From Nanobdellota archaeon (GTDB lineage Archaea; Aenigmatarchaeota; Aenigmatarchaeia; QMZP01): DNA of 64,000 nt. The notes beneath the pieces are model-generated. The model saw only the letters and a list, made by a program, of their open reading frames with translations, searched no databases and had not been told where the DNA came from. Both the position numbers and the translations under genes were made by a program. The stretch is taken from the NCBI GenBank assembly GCA_018816245.1, contig JAHIVW010000003.1, positions 470,834 through 534,833 on the forward strand, read 5' to 3'. Shown here one piece after another: positions 54,917-64,000 of the stretch (within the stretch, counting starts at the first letter, position 1; the number at the start of each line of letters is the position of its first letter).

Positions 54917-57296
54917 CAACGTCTTCTGGTTTCATCTTCTTGTATCGAATCTCCCCTTCAATCGAATGGGCTGCTCGGAAATCTGCTTCGATTGGTTTGA
55001 TTTCCTGTGGAAGCTCCTTAATTGTCACGGGCGTCCGCAGACTCTTTCCCGCCTGCTTCTTTGCTTGCCAGATCACGCTGTCAAGAGTTGTCAGCAGCAC
55101 GGTTGAAAGGGTAGATTGCGTTGTCCCTTGCTTCGGGAACGGTTCCTCGTGCACATCCTTCCCGCACCGATCCTTCATAATCTTCGCGGTAATGAATGGC
55201 AACACCGGCGCGAACGCGGTGAGTGCCGTGTCAAGGACGTGGTTCAAGGTGTACAATGCTGCTTCCTGTTCTTTCTTCGAAAATGTTCCTTCCTTATTGT
55301 AGGCCCGGCTCTTCACCAGCTCGATGTAATGGTCGGCAAAGATGTTCCACATGAACTCCCGGAGCGACATAATCGGTTGGTGGAAGTTGTAGTTCAAGAA
55401 TTCCTTGTTCGCCTCTGCAATGCGCTTGTCAAGTTCAGTAAGAATCCATGTATCGATGTCGAGCAGCGCCGGCTTCTTCGTAGGAGGATCAGGAAACATG
55501 CTGATGAACCGCGCGATGTTCCAGAGCTTGGTCAGGAACTTCCCAGCCCCGGCAATCCGTTCCGAGGAGCATCGCAGGTCGCCTTCCGTGATGTTCCCCT
55601 CGGTCGCAATCCATAGCCGGAAGACTTCAGCGCCGTATTGCTTGATGATGTCGTGCGGATCGATCACGTTCCCCACAGACTTGGACATCTTCTTGCCGTT
55701 CTCGTCAAGAATGTGGTAGTTGATCCAGACGCCGTCGAACGGGAGCTGGTCGGTCAGCTGATAGCAGCGCAGCAGGCTGTAGAACAGCCACGTCCGCACG
55801 ATCTCTTTCCCCTGGGGACGTAAACTTACCGGATACGCCTTCTTGAAGAACGTGGGCTTGTCCGTGTAGTGGAGAATATACAACGGGGAAACTGAGGAAT
55901 CAAACCACGTGTCAAAGACGCGCATCTCTGGCTCGAATTCCTTCCCCTTACATTTCGGGCAGGCCTTCACTGGCGGATCCTCTGCCCAAGGCCGGTAGTA
56001 CTTGCCCGGCGGCGGCACAATGGATGTTGAACAGGCTTTGCAGTACCAGAGCGGGATCTCTGTTGCATAGACCCTGCGACGTGAAATCGCCCAGTCCATG
56101 GTAACAGAATCAATCCAATCATTCAGGATCTGCTTGCTGTGCGGCGCATAGAATGGCGTAGCTTTTGATAATTTCTTGATGGTGTTCTTGAACTCGACCT
56201 GTTTGAGGTAATACTCTTTCATGGCAATGAACTCGATCTCGTGCTTCGACCGCTCGCAGATCGGCACACTATGCCGGATCTTTTCTTGTTTTACCAATAG
56301 TCCCTGCTCCTTGAGCAGCTCGATGATCTTTGCCCGCGCTTGCTTTGTGGTCAGACCTTCCAATGATCCGGTGATCGGCAGCATCTTTCCGTCTTCACCA
56401 ACTGACTGGACTGCTTTGATGTTCCGCTTGCGCAGGAATCGGACAGCGTCCTGGTCACCGGCTGACGCGCTCATGTAGGCGATGCCTGTGCCGAAGTCCT
56501 TGGCTGCCTCGCGGTCAGCAACGATCGGAACTTCGTGTCCATAGATTGGGGTAATCGCGGTCTTCCCATCAAGGTGCCGGTAGCGTTTGTCTGTTGGATT
56601 GAAGATGAGGATCGCGTTCGTGGACAAGAGCTCTGGCCGTGTTGTTGCGATCACGACGTCTTCGCCGGTTTCCTTGACCCTGACTTTGACATGGTTGAAG
56701 AATGCATCTTTTTCTTTTCGCTCGATCTCGGAATCAGCGATGGTTGTCTGGCAGCCGGGACAGAAGTTGTTCAGCCGCTTCTCTTCATACACCAGCCCCT
56801 TGTTCCAGAGATCGATAAACGTTGCCTGTGTCAACGCACGGTAAGTGTCGGAGTCAGTGTAGTACGCATCACCAAGCTTGGTTCCAAAGGACCATGAAGA
56901 GAAGCTGATGCCGAGCTTGGCAAAGCTGTCGATTGACTCCTCGGAGGATTCCTCGAGGACCTGGTTGCACATCTGGACGAACTTCTTCCGGGGCACCTCA
57001 TTTGCACCCATGTTGAATTTCTTTTCAGCTGCCATCTCAATCGGGAGGCCGTTCCGGTCAAGCCCAAGCGGGAAAAGCACGTGATGACCGGTCATGCGCT
57101 TGAACCGGGCAAAGAAATCCATCATGGCGTACGTCACGGCGTGCCCGATATGGATGGGCGAATTCACGTACGGTGGCGGGGTGTCAATCGAATAGATGGG
57201 GAGTGTTGTTTTCTCGTCGAACGGGTACTTGTTCCGCCAGCCTTTGTATAGGGGTTCCTCAAACGCTTTGTCCCAGCGCTTTTCATTTAGGGGCAT
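54897..57296 (-). CDS. valS: Class I aminoacyl-tRNA synthetase, most likely valyl-tRNA synthetase
   Basis: DTPPPYVNSPIHIGHA (HIGH), KMSKSVGNVIDP (KMSKS). 799 aa, with editing-domain-sized insert. LeuRS is separately present at the window start. Confidence 0.6.
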   Translation of the reverse strand: MPLNEKRWDKAFEEPLYKGWRNKYPFDEKTTLPIYSIDTPPPYVNSPIHIGHAVTYAMMDFFARFKRMTGHHVLFPLGLDRNGLPIEMAAEKKFNMGANEVPRKKFVQMCNQVLEESSEESIDSFAKLGISFSSWSFGTKLGDAYYTDSDTYRALTQATFIDLWNKGLVYEEKRLNNFCPGCQTTIADSEIERKEKDAFFNHVKVRVKETGEDVVIATTRPELLSTNAILIFNPTDKRYRHLDGKTAITPIYGHEVPIVADREAAKDFGTGIAYMSASAGDQDAVRFLRKRNIKAVQSVGEDGKMLPITGSLEGLTTKQARAKIIELLKEQGLLVKQEKIRHSVPICERSKHEIEFIAMKEYYLKQVEFKNTIKKLSKATPFYAPHSKQILNDWIDSVTMDWAISRRRVYATEIPLWYCKACSTSIVPPPGKYYRPWAEDPPVKACPKCKGKEFEPEMRVFDTWFDSSVSPLYILHYTDKPTFFKKAYPVSLRPQGKEIVRTWLFYSLLRCYQLTDQLPFDGVWINYHILDENGKKMSKSVGNVIDPHDIIKQYGAEVFRLWIATEGNITEGDLRCSSERIAGAGKFLTKLWNIARFISMFPDPPTKKPALLDIDTWILTELDKRIAEANKEFLNYNFHQPIMSLREFMWNIFADHYIELVKSRAYNKEGTFSKKEQEAALYTLNHVLDTALTAFAPVLPFITAKIMKDRCGKDVHEEPFPKQGTTQSTLSTVLLTTLDSVIWQAKKQAGKSLRTPVTIKELPQEIKPIEADFRAAHSIEGEIRYKKMKPEDVVISLSH

Positions 57297-57334
57297 GAAA
57301 TCACGTGTCCTAGAGCGAGTTGGTTGTTAGAACC

Positions 57335-58087
57335 TTAAATATTCCGGACGAGTTTCAGGATCTCGACCGCCTTTTTCGGGTCACCTCGTCCAACAGGAAA
57401 ATAGCAGGGAATCACATCCCCTGACGCGCAAGGATAGGTGCGGAGACGTTTTGTCTTCATCGCTTCGGTGTAGTAGTCCCGCAGTCTGATCGTCTTGTTT
57501 GTCAATGCCTCGAATGGAATGAGCCCAAAGGTCACGATGTATTCCGGCTGGACAAGTTCAATTTCCCGTTTCAAGATCGGAAGAAACAAGGCAATCTTTT
57601 CCTTTTCCGGAAGAGATCCGTCATGACCGGTCCACTTGACTATGTTTGTTGTGTAAATGTTCTGCCGTTCCATTTCCTTTCCGACTGCTTCTGCAAACGT
57701 CGGTGACCATGTTGTCGCGTGCTCGATGTGTTCCATGATCTTGTCGTCAAGAAATCCTGCCTGGTGCATGACCCGCCAGTGGTGTTTCCTTCCGATGAAC
57801 GGAAAGCGGGGACCAGTCCAGGTGGGATGAGAACTGATGTTTCCGATTGTCGGGTTGATCAGGACGAACATGATCTTTGGGTTCTTCGTTTTCCCGGCCC
57901 CGAGGATCGGCCGGAGTTCGTTTTCAGGGAAGTGCTTGGCATTCACGTCATCAACATATTTCCAAAGCTCAGCAAGGGTATTGCACTTGATCACGCTACC
58001 ACCCAAATTCGCTGTACAGTTCCTTCTTAAGGATCGACTGTATTCCCGACCGGACGTACGGAACCATGTTCTCCGGAAGCTTGTCAA
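57335..58087 (-). CDS. Uracil-DNA glycosylase superfamily protein (family 4/5-like). Start uncertain.
   Basis: ILGAGKTKNPKIMFVLINPT...FIGRKHHW resembles the UDG family-4 motifs GEGPxxAxIMFVGEAPG...FVGKAG. The ORF N-terminus overlaps the upstream Nudix gene by about 90 nt, so the true start is probably internal. Confidence 0.45.
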   Translation of the reverse strand: MTSFRRTWFRTSGREYSRSLRRNCTANLGGSVIKCNTLAELWKYVDDVNAKHFPENELRPILGAGKTKNPKIMFVLINPTIGNISSHPTWTGPRFPFIGRKHHWRVMHQAGFLDDKIMEHIEHATTWSPTFAEAVGKEMERQNIYTTNIVKWTGHDGSLPEKEKIALFLPILKREIELVQPEYIVTFGLIPFEALTNKTIRLRDYYTEAMKTKRLRTYPCASGDVIPCYFPVGRGDPKKAVEILKLVRNI

Positions 58088-58445
58088 CAGGAAACCACGA
58101 AATATCGTCGCACTTGCTCGGCTCCTTGTTCTGGATTTCCCCTGACCAGGTAGCTGTCGTCACAAAGAAATCAACGCGCTCGACAAGGTCTTTGTCTTTC
58201 TGTTCCTCTTTCCGGTGCATGACATGAACGATCACGAGATCTTCCTCGTTGATCTCGATTCCCGCTTCCTCCTTTGCTTCCCTGATCATCGCCTTCCGCA
58301 CGGTCTCGTTGCCATCGAGATGGCCAGCGATCACACTGTAGTCACCGTCGTACCAGCCCGTCTGGAATCGCCGGAGCAGCAGAACCTTTCCTTCTCTGAA
58401 AAGAACAAGATGTGTTGACGGGACAAGGCGGAACCGGGTCATGCT
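57996..58445 (-). CDS. Nudix hydrolase (start MTRFRLVPSTHLVLFREG at 58445)
   Basis: Nudix box GHLDGNETVRKAMIREAKEEAGI. The ATG overlaps the proS stop. Confidence 0.7.
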   Translation of the reverse strand, partial: SMTRFRLVPSTHLVLFREGKVLLLRRFQTGWYDGDYSVIAGHLDGNETVRKAMIREAKEEAGIEINEEDLVIVHVMHRKEEQKDKDLVERVDFFVTTATWSGEIQNKEPSKCDDISWFPVDKLPENMVPYVRSGIQSILKKELYSEFGW

Positions 58446-59874
58446 AGTACGCTTTCCCCACCAGAGCAACGGTTGTCGCCTTCTTGCCACACAAGACGCA
58501 CGATCCTGTTGCGTGCTCCCCTTCAGGCAGCACGCGGATGTCGGCTGCGAGCGGCTCGAGCTTCGTCTCACACTCGCCACCACACCAGTTCACCTTGGCC
58601 CACGAGAGTTTTTCAATCGCCTGCTTGATGTCCTCAACTGTTTTTGCAACAACCGTGTGCTCGTCCTGCCAGATTTTCGCCTTCTCGAATAATGACTTCT
58701 GAATCACCGTGAGCAAGCCAGCGATATGCGTTTCCAAATCTTTCAGTGAGAGTGCTGCTTTCTTTCCGGTATCCCGTCGAACTACAACAACCTGGTTCTT
58801 CTCGAGGTCTTTTGGTCCGATTTCGATGCGAAGCGGAACGCCTTCCAGTTCCCATTGATTGAACTTCCACCCGGAAGAATACTGGTCACGATCGTCCAGC
58901 ACAACCCGGAATTGTTTCTGCAATCGTGTTTCCAGTTCTTTTGCTGCCTTCAAGACAGCGGCTTTCGATTGCTCAAAAATAATCGGCACGATCACCAGCT
59001 GCGTCGGGGCAATTGCCGGAGGAAGCACCATTCCTTTGTCATCACCGTGCACCATCACGACCGCACCAAGCAATCGCGTGCTGATGCCCCAGCTGTTCTG
59101 ATGCGGAATCGCTTCTTTCTCGTTCCGATCAACGAAACGGACAGCAAACGGCTTGGAGAAGTTCGTGCCAAGGTAGTGGCTGGTTCCCATTTGCAATGCC
59201 CGTCCGGAGGGCATCAGTGCTTCAAGGCTTGTGGTGTACTCTGCACCGGCAAATGTTTCCTTCTTTGTTTTCTTTCCACCAACAACCGGGATCGCGAGCT
59301 GGGTTTCCATCAACTCTTTGTAGAGGTGGAGGATGTCCCAGACTTCCTTTTCTGCTTCTTTCTGGGTTTCGTAGAGGGTGTGCCCTTCCTGCCAGAGGAA
59401 TTCCCGTGTTCGCAAGAACAGTTTCGTTGCCTTGGTTTCCCAGCGGACAATGTTGCACCACTGGTTATATTTCAGAGGAAGGTCACGCCAGGAACGGATC
59501 CGTTTCGCAAACTCCTCGGTAATGATTGTTTCAGAAGACGGACGGAGTGCGTACTTCTCTTTCTCCCCGCCTTCTCCTGTTTCCTGAATGAACGCAACCT
59601 CAGGCACAAAGCCGGTGAAATGCTCGGCTTCCTTTTTCAGAAGCCGCTCAGGAATGAAGAGTGGAAAGTAGACGTTCTTGACACCCTGTTTCTTGATCCT
59701 GGTATCAAACCAGCTTTTCACAGCTTCCCAAAGAGCATAGCCCTGGGGCAGGATGACCATGCATCCAGCGACCGGCGCATAGTCAGCGAGCCCTGCCCGC
59801 TGGACAACCTCGTTGTACCACTCGGAAAAATCACCGCTCTTGGTCTGTTTCAGGGCCTGTTCGTCCTTGTCCAT
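58444..59874 (-). CDS. proS: Prolyl-tRNA synthetase, archaeal/eukaryotic type (class II)
   Basis: N-terminus FSEWYNEVVQRAGLADYAPVAGCMVILPQGYALWE, class II motifs, C-terminal zinc-binding domain ending ...VALVGKAY. Confidence 0.85.
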   Translation of the reverse strand: MDKDEQALKQTKSGDFSEWYNEVVQRAGLADYAPVAGCMVILPQGYALWEAVKSWFDTRIKKQGVKNVYFPLFIPERLLKKEAEHFTGFVPEVAFIQETGEGGEKEKYALRPSSETIITEEFAKRIRSWRDLPLKYNQWCNIVRWETKATKLFLRTREFLWQEGHTLYETQKEAEKEVWDILHLYKELMETQLAIPVVGGKKTKKETFAGAEYTTSLEALMPSGRALQMGTSHYLGTNFSKPFAVRFVDRNEKEAIPHQNSWGISTRLLGAVVMVHGDDKGMVLPPAIAPTQLVIVPIIFEQSKAAVLKAAKELETRLQKQFRVVLDDRDQYSSGWKFNQWELEGVPLRIEIGPKDLEKNQVVVVRRDTGKKAALSLKDLETHIAGLLTVIQKSLFEKAKIWQDEHTVVAKTVEDIKQAIEKLSWAKVNWCGGECETKLEPLAADIRVLPEGEHATGSCVLCGKKATTVALVGKAY

Positions 59875-59911
59875 AGGGCCTACTTTAATGCCATTGTCTT
59901 AAATTGCTGTC

Positions 59912-60511
59912 ATGGAGATCCGCGGCGCTGAGGCTGTCCTCACCGAGGAAACGTACGAAGGCAAGCCTGCAATCAGGAAGAACAGGATCAAGAAAGCCTA
60001 CCGGCTTCCTAAGCTTGACCAGACGATCCGGGGCGAGCGGACGCTTGCAGAGGAACGGCTCCTGGTCAGGGCGCGGCGAGCTGGTGTCCGCGTGCCAACG
60101 GTGTGGACACGGGACAAGACATCTCTGATTCTTGAGAAGCTTCCTGGAACACGGGTGAAGGAGCTCTTGGAGACAACGACCCGGCAGCGGGCGGTGGCAG
60201 CAGCAATTGGACGGGCTGTTGGCAAACTCCATCGAGCAGGGATCATCCACGGGGATCTCACCACGAGCAACATGATCTGGGACAAGGATATTGCCTTCAT
60301 TGATTTTGGTCTGGGAAAGATGTCTCGATCGGCAGAGAGTCAGGCAACGGATTTGTATGTACTGAAAGAGGCGCTGAACGCAGCACATTCAGCACACGCT
60401 GCTTCGCTGTGGGAAGCAATTGTCCATGAATATGAGAAGGAATATCCTGATGCGGCTCGGGTACTGAAACAATTTGCCATAATCGAGCGCAGGCGACGCT
60501 ATCGAGGTTAA
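59912..60511 (+). CDS. bud32: KEOPS subunit Bud32 (Kae1-associated kinase, RIO-like)
   Basis: Catalytic loop IIHGDLTTSNMIW, DFGLG. Size about 199 aa. Confidence 0.8.
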   Translation: MEIRGAEAVLTEETYEGKPAIRKNRIKKAYRLPKLDQTIRGERTLAEERLLVRARRAGVRVPTVWTRDKTSLILEKLPGTRVKELLETTTRQRAVAAAIGRAVGKLHRAGIIHGDLTTSNMIWDKDIAFIDFGLGKMSRSAESQATDLYVLKEALNAAHSAHAASLWEAIVHEYEKEYPDAARVLKQFAIIERRRRYRG

Positions 60512-60561
60512 TATATTATTATTTCAAAAAGGCCTATGGAGTACCTAATGGATTCATCCAT

Positions 60562-61869
60562 ATGGAGGCGGGAGCCAGTAATATGGTAACGTATCCAACC
60601 GGCTACGGAAACTTGAACATTCCAACCTTCAACACTTCTGATTTTGGTGCTGTTGAGATTGAGGCAACGGTCGCCTTGATCCAGAAGGCAAAGATCAATC
60701 CTATCTGGTTCGTTGATGTTGGCGGGAGTATCTTCAACGTTCCCCTTGCGTGGAAAGGGAAGATCTACGTGGGGGCGTGCGACAAGAACTTCTACTGCAT
60801 CTCGGAATGTGGGAAACTCGCCTGGAAATTCCAGACCAAAGATATTATCATATCATGTCCTGTGATTGCCGATGCTATCGTGTACTTCGGTTCATATGAC
60901 GGGAATCTCTACGCTCTTGACGCAACAACAGGTGAAGAGCGATGGCGATTCAAAACGAAGGGAAAAGTGTTCTCTACACCATATATCGACAATGGTGTCC
61001 TCTACTTTGGTTCAGAAGACAAGAATCTCTACGCTGTTAACGCCAAGACAGGAGAACGACTTTGGGCATTTCAGTCACAGAACTCGATCTGTTCATCACC
61101 AATTGTCTTTGGTGATACAATTTACTTTGGGGCAGACAATGACAATTTCTATGCGTTGCGGAAAGATGGTACCGTGAAATGGAAATTCGACGGAAAGAGC
61201 AGCCGTTACCTGAAAGCCGCCTGTGACGGTCGTTTGGTGTATATCGGTTCCATGGACAATAATCTTTATGCACTGAGTGCGGAAACCGGAGAGCTTGTTT
61301 GGAAATATACGACACGCGACAGCATCGCGACCGATGTCGTGTATGCAGACGAAGTCATTTATGTCGGATCGCGCGACTATGACATGTATGCATTCAAACC
61401 TGATGGAACGCTTCTCTGGAAGTTCCAGACACACAACGTGCTTGGCTGGGGAAGCACGGTCAAGAACGACATTGTCTATTTCGGGAGTTGTGATAATTAT
61501 TTCTACGCTGTTGGTGCAAAAACAGGACAACTTCTTTGGAAAGTCAAGACTAACGGGATTGTGAATTCTTATCCTGCGGTCACAGAGAAGGGAGTTTATT
61601 TCGGCTCCTGGGACTGCAATCTCTACGCCGTAGATCATCAAGGGCACATTCGCTGGCGTTTCCAGACTGCACTCTCGAACCAGTCCGCTTTTGAGACGCC
61701 GCCAGACCTTCTCCAGAAAACCGCCACGGTGACGGTCCACACAGAAGAAATAGGAGAATCCATCAACCGCTACAAGGACTCCTTCGCTGAGGAAGGAGGC
61801 CGCTCCTCAGTCTACACCTTCAAGTCCCAGTATACCAAGAAGCACCGCTATGGGGGCGGGAGCCAGTAG
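60562..61869 (+). CDS. PQQ-like beta-propeller repeat protein
   Basis: Eight tandem repeats of about 40 aa of the type YFGSxDxNLYAxxAxTGExxWxFxT (PQQ enzyme repeat / BamB-like). Confidence 0.75.
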   Translation: MEAGASNMVTYPTGYGNLNIPTFNTSDFGAVEIEATVALIQKAKINPIWFVDVGGSIFNVPLAWKGKIYVGACDKNFYCISECGKLAWKFQTKDIIISCPVIADAIVYFGSYDGNLYALDATTGEERWRFKTKGKVFSTPYIDNGVLYFGSEDKNLYAVNAKTGERLWAFQSQNSICSSPIVFGDTIYFGADNDNFYALRKDGTVKWKFDGKSSRYLKAACDGRLVYIGSMDNNLYALSAETGELVWKYTTRDSIATDVVYADEVIYVGSRDYDMYAFKPDGTLLWKFQTHNVLGWGSTVKNDIVYFGSCDNYFYAVGAKTGQLLWKVKTNGIVNSYPAVTEKGVYFGSWDCNLYAVDHQGHIRWRFQTALSNQSAFETPPDLLQKTATVTVHTEEIGESINRYKDSFAEEGGRSSVYTFKSQYTKKHRYGGGSQ

Positions 61870-61872
61870 GCA

Positions 61873-61880
61873 TTTAAATA
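61873..61880 (+). promoter_or_regulatory. TATA box for the rps5-rpl30-rpl15 mini-operon
   Basis: catttaaatact lies 36-43 nt upstream of ATG 61916. Confidence 0.5.
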
Positions 61881-61909
61881 CTGTATCGTGAAATAGGTAC
61901 GCCTCACGA

Positions 61910-62575
61910 TTGCGTATGAGACAACAAGAACAGCCCGAATGGTTCCCCAAGACTCATCTGGGGAAGCAGGTCCTTGCAGGGGCCTTCGCCAGTATCGACG
62001 ATCTCCTCCAGACGGGAGGCGTGATTCTCGAGCCCCAAATCGTGGACACCCTGATCCCTGACATCAAGCAGGATGTGGTCTACATTGGAGGCAGCCCTGG
62101 GAAGGGCGGTGGTATCCGACGGACCGCGACACGCCGAACGGTCCGCATGCACAAGAGCGGCCGGCGGTACAAACTCTCGGCAGTTGTCGTTGTCGGCAAC
62201 GAGAACGGTATCGTTGGGATGGGCTCAGCAAGTTCTCGAGAACACCGGGTTGCGCTGGACAAGGCAACTCAGCAGGCCAAGCTGAACGTCATCCGCGTCC
62301 GCCGCGGCTGCGGGAGCTGGGAATGCCGATGCGATGTCGGTCATTCGATTCCTTTTGCAACGAGCGCGAAGCTCGGCTCGATCACCGTCACGTTGTTGCC
62401 AGCACCAAAGGGTGTCGGCCTTGTGGCAAACGACACAGTCAAGAAGGTACTGGGACTTGCCGGCATCAAGGACATCTGGGTGAAGACGAGCGGCACCACT
62501 GCAACGCGAACGAACCTTGTGTTTGCTGTATTGAAAGCACTCGAAAATATGAACCGGACCCGAGGTGCATTATAA
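61910..62575 (+). CDS. rps5: Ribosomal protein uS5 (S5P). Start TTG 61910 or ATG 61916.
   Basis: RRYKLSAVVVVGNENGIVGMGSASSREHRVALDKATQQAKLNVIRV ... GVGLVANDTVKKVLGLAGIKDIW. Confidence 0.85.
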   Translation: MRMRQQEQPEWFPKTHLGKQVLAGAFASIDDLLQTGGVILEPQIVDTLIPDIKQDVVYIGGSPGKGGGIRRTATRRTVRMHKSGRRYKLSAVVVVGNENGIVGMGSASSREHRVALDKATQQAKLNVIRVRRGCGSWECRCDVGHSIPFATSAKLGSITVTLLPAPKGVGLVANDTVKKVLGLAGIKDIWVKTSGTTATRTNLVFAVLKALENMNRTRGAL

Positions 62576-62997
62576 TGTTCGCGATTGTTCGCATCCGGAA
62601 GGGATCGAAACCAAGCAAGCCGATGCAGGATACGCTCACGATGTTGCGGATCACGCGCATCAATCATTGTTCCATCATGCCAGAAACAGCAACGATCAAC
62701 GGTATGCTCAAGAAGGTTCAGAATTTTGTCACTTGGGGACCGATTACCGAGAAAACACTGACGGCCTTGATCGCGAAGCGCGGCCGTCTGGTTGGTGACA
62801 AGCGAATTCCTAAGAACGAGGCAGAACCCCTCGCAAAGCAGGTCCTTGAGAAAGGATTTGCCGCTGTTCCTCTCAAACCAGTCTTCCGGCTGAGCCCGCC
62901 CTCTAAAGGATACAAGAGCATCAAGTCTCTTTATCCAAAAGGTGATGCTGGCTTCCGGGGAGAGAAGATCGAGGAACTCCTCGAGAAGATGATGTGA
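62575..62997 (+). CDS. rpl30: Ribosomal protein uL30 (L30P)
   Basis: MFAIVRIRKGSKPSKPMQDTLTMLRITRINHCSIMPETATINGMLKKVQNFVTWGPI. The ATG overlaps the rps5 stop (TAATG). Confidence 0.85.
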   Translation: MFAIVRIRKGSKPSKPMQDTLTMLRITRINHCSIMPETATINGMLKKVQNFVTWGPITEKTLTALIAKRGRLVGDKRIPKNEAEPLAKQVLEKGFAAVPLKPVFRLSPPSKGYKSIKSLYPKGDAGFRGEKIEELLEKMM

Positions 62998-62998
62998 T

Positions 62999-63445
62999 AT
63001 GACCCAGAAACGCACCCGGAAAATGGTAAACAAACGGCGTGGGAGCCATACCCATGGCTGGGGATCCAAGAAGAAGCACCGAGGATCAGGAAGCCGTGGT
63101 GGCTGCGGCTATGCCGGTGTCCAGAAACACAAGAAGGTCTGGCTCCAGGTGAACGATCCAGGCCATCTTGGGAAGCTGGGCTTCAAGTCGCTTCGAAAAC
63201 GAAATCTCGCTCATCGACCAAAGGTCATCAACCTCCGCGACGTCATGCTCCTTGCTGAAGGGAAGGATGCAATCGATCTCGGAAAACTCGGCTACACAAA
63301 GGTCATTGGTACGGGCTTGGTGACGCGGAAACTTTCTGTGACTGCTCCTCAGTTTTCTACAAAAGCAAAAACAAAGATTGAACAGGCCGGCGGCAAGGCA
63401 GTCGGCCCTGTTGAAGAACCTCCTGCTACGCCCCCGGATACGTAA
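62999..63445 (+). CDS. rpl15: Ribosomal protein uL15 (L15P)
   Basis: MTQKRTRKMVNKRRGSHTHGWGSKKKHRGSGSRGGCGYAGVQKHKK. Confidence 0.85.
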   Translation: MTQKRTRKMVNKRRGSHTHGWGSKKKHRGSGSRGGCGYAGVQKHKKVWLQVNDPGHLGKLGFKSLRKRNLAHRPKVINLRDVMLLAEGKDAIDLGKLGYTKVIGTGLVTRKLSVTAPQFSTKAKTKIEQAGGKAVGPVEEPPATPPDT

Positions 63446-64000
63446 TGTGGATGAATGCCAGGAACAATATATTCAAGACCGGTAGCCCGATGAACGTAAT
63501 CACGGTAATCAACTCGTTAATCGTCAGGCCGAGAACCGTCCCGCCAATGATAGACATGATTCCCAGCACCGCGAGCAGCATGAGCGGTGCGGCAACAAGA
63601 AGCGCTGTATAAATGTCTGCGTACGTCGACAAGGTTTTCAGGTATTTCTCACGCTTGATCCGGTAGTCGAACAATGCTGTGTCTGCCATTTGCCGGAGAT
63701 AGTCGGTGAGGTTTCCTCCTTTTTCAATGGTCGCAGAAATCCCTGTCAGCAATTGGCGAAATTCTGGAGACGGGGTCCGTTTTGCAATGTTGTTGATCGC
63801 AGAGATGGAACTCATCCCGAAGGTTTTCATGTTCCGGACAATGAGTTCTGCTTGCCGAGAAATTATTCCATATTCTTTGTAATTCGCAAGCAAACCAAAC
63901 ATGAATTCCGGAGGAATGCCGCTGGAAACGATCGCGCTCATGTGGGTTGTCGCAAAAGGGAGGTCGTTTTCGATCTGACGGCGAATGGTATTCGCTCGCT
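63426..64000 (-). CDS. FlaJ/TadC-like (type II secretion system F domain) membrane protein. The C-terminal portion is in the window; the gene continues beyond the 3' edge of the window.
   Basis: ...SSGIPPEFMFGLLANYKE...FRQLLTGISATIEKGGNLTDYLRQMADTAL...YADIYTALLVAAPLMLLAVLGIM is a T2SS-F/FlaJ C-terminal repeat. The frame is open to nt 64000. Confidence 0.65.
   Translation of the reverse strand, partial: RANTIRRQIENDLPFATTHMSAIVSSGIPPEFMFGLLANYKEYGIISRQAELIVRNMKTFGMSSISAINNIAKRTPSPEFRQLLTGISATIEKGGNLTDYLRQMADTALFDYRIKREKYLKTLSTYADIYTALLVAAPLMLLAVLGIMSIIGGTVLGLTINELITVITFIGLPVLNILFLAFIHITYPGA

Noticed and set aside
57996-58087. 92-nt same-strand overlap between the UDG-like ORF and the Nudix gene
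   Set aside because: More likely the UDG-like gene starts at an internal or alternative start codon. It is not treated as a genuine long overlap or fusion.

Overview
This 64 kb window is from an archaeal chromosome. The archaeal assignment rests on fibrillarin, ribosomal proteins eS19, eL31, eL39 and uS5-uL30-uL15, aRF1, class I LysRS, archaeal ProRS, Taw1, aTrm56, Bud32, SecY without SecA, and many TTTAAATA-type TATA boxes about 25-35 nt upstream of start codons (mostly leaderless). Coding density is high and GC is around 50%, apart from one AT-rich intergenic island and an AT-rich intein.

Housekeeping content: a LeuRS C-terminal fragment at the 5' edge; an ATP-dependent DNA ligase interrupted by a LAGLIDADG intein; rhomboid protease; DHH phosphoesterase; fibrillarin; L-asparaginase; Lrp/AsnC; LysRS-I; eS19; a PfkB kinase; a classical mevalonate operon (MVK - diphosphomevalonate decarboxylase - ERG8-type PMK) with IDI-2 elsewhere; SAHH; eL39/eL31; the wyosine enzymes Taw1 and Taw2; a bacterial-type ACP; tRNA-Ser(CGA) and tRNA-Tyr(GUA); a TtuB-like Gly-Gly sulfur carrier with TtuA/NcsA; ValRS; ProRS; Bud32; a PQQ beta-propeller protein; and uS5-uL30-uL15.

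Accessory content: two loci of giant secreted or surface proteins (up to 1539 aa) built from recurring Cys-rich modules, some with class-III (pilin-like) style N-termini; and a tandem family of Cys-rich multi-zinc-ribbon paralogues.

Most notable observations:
- aRF1 reads GGW where the universal GGQ motif should be.
- SecY is detached from uL15 and sits in a tight operon directly after a KaiC/FlaH-like ATPase, a FlaI/VirB11-like secretion ATPase and a small zinc-ribbon ORF, followed by an AdkA-like protein with a degenerate P-loop and the DUF106/YidC-like gene.
- A FlaJ/TadC-like gene lies convergent to uL15 at the window end, about 14 kb from the FlaH/FlaI-like pair.

No CRISPR array, transposase or integrase was seen.
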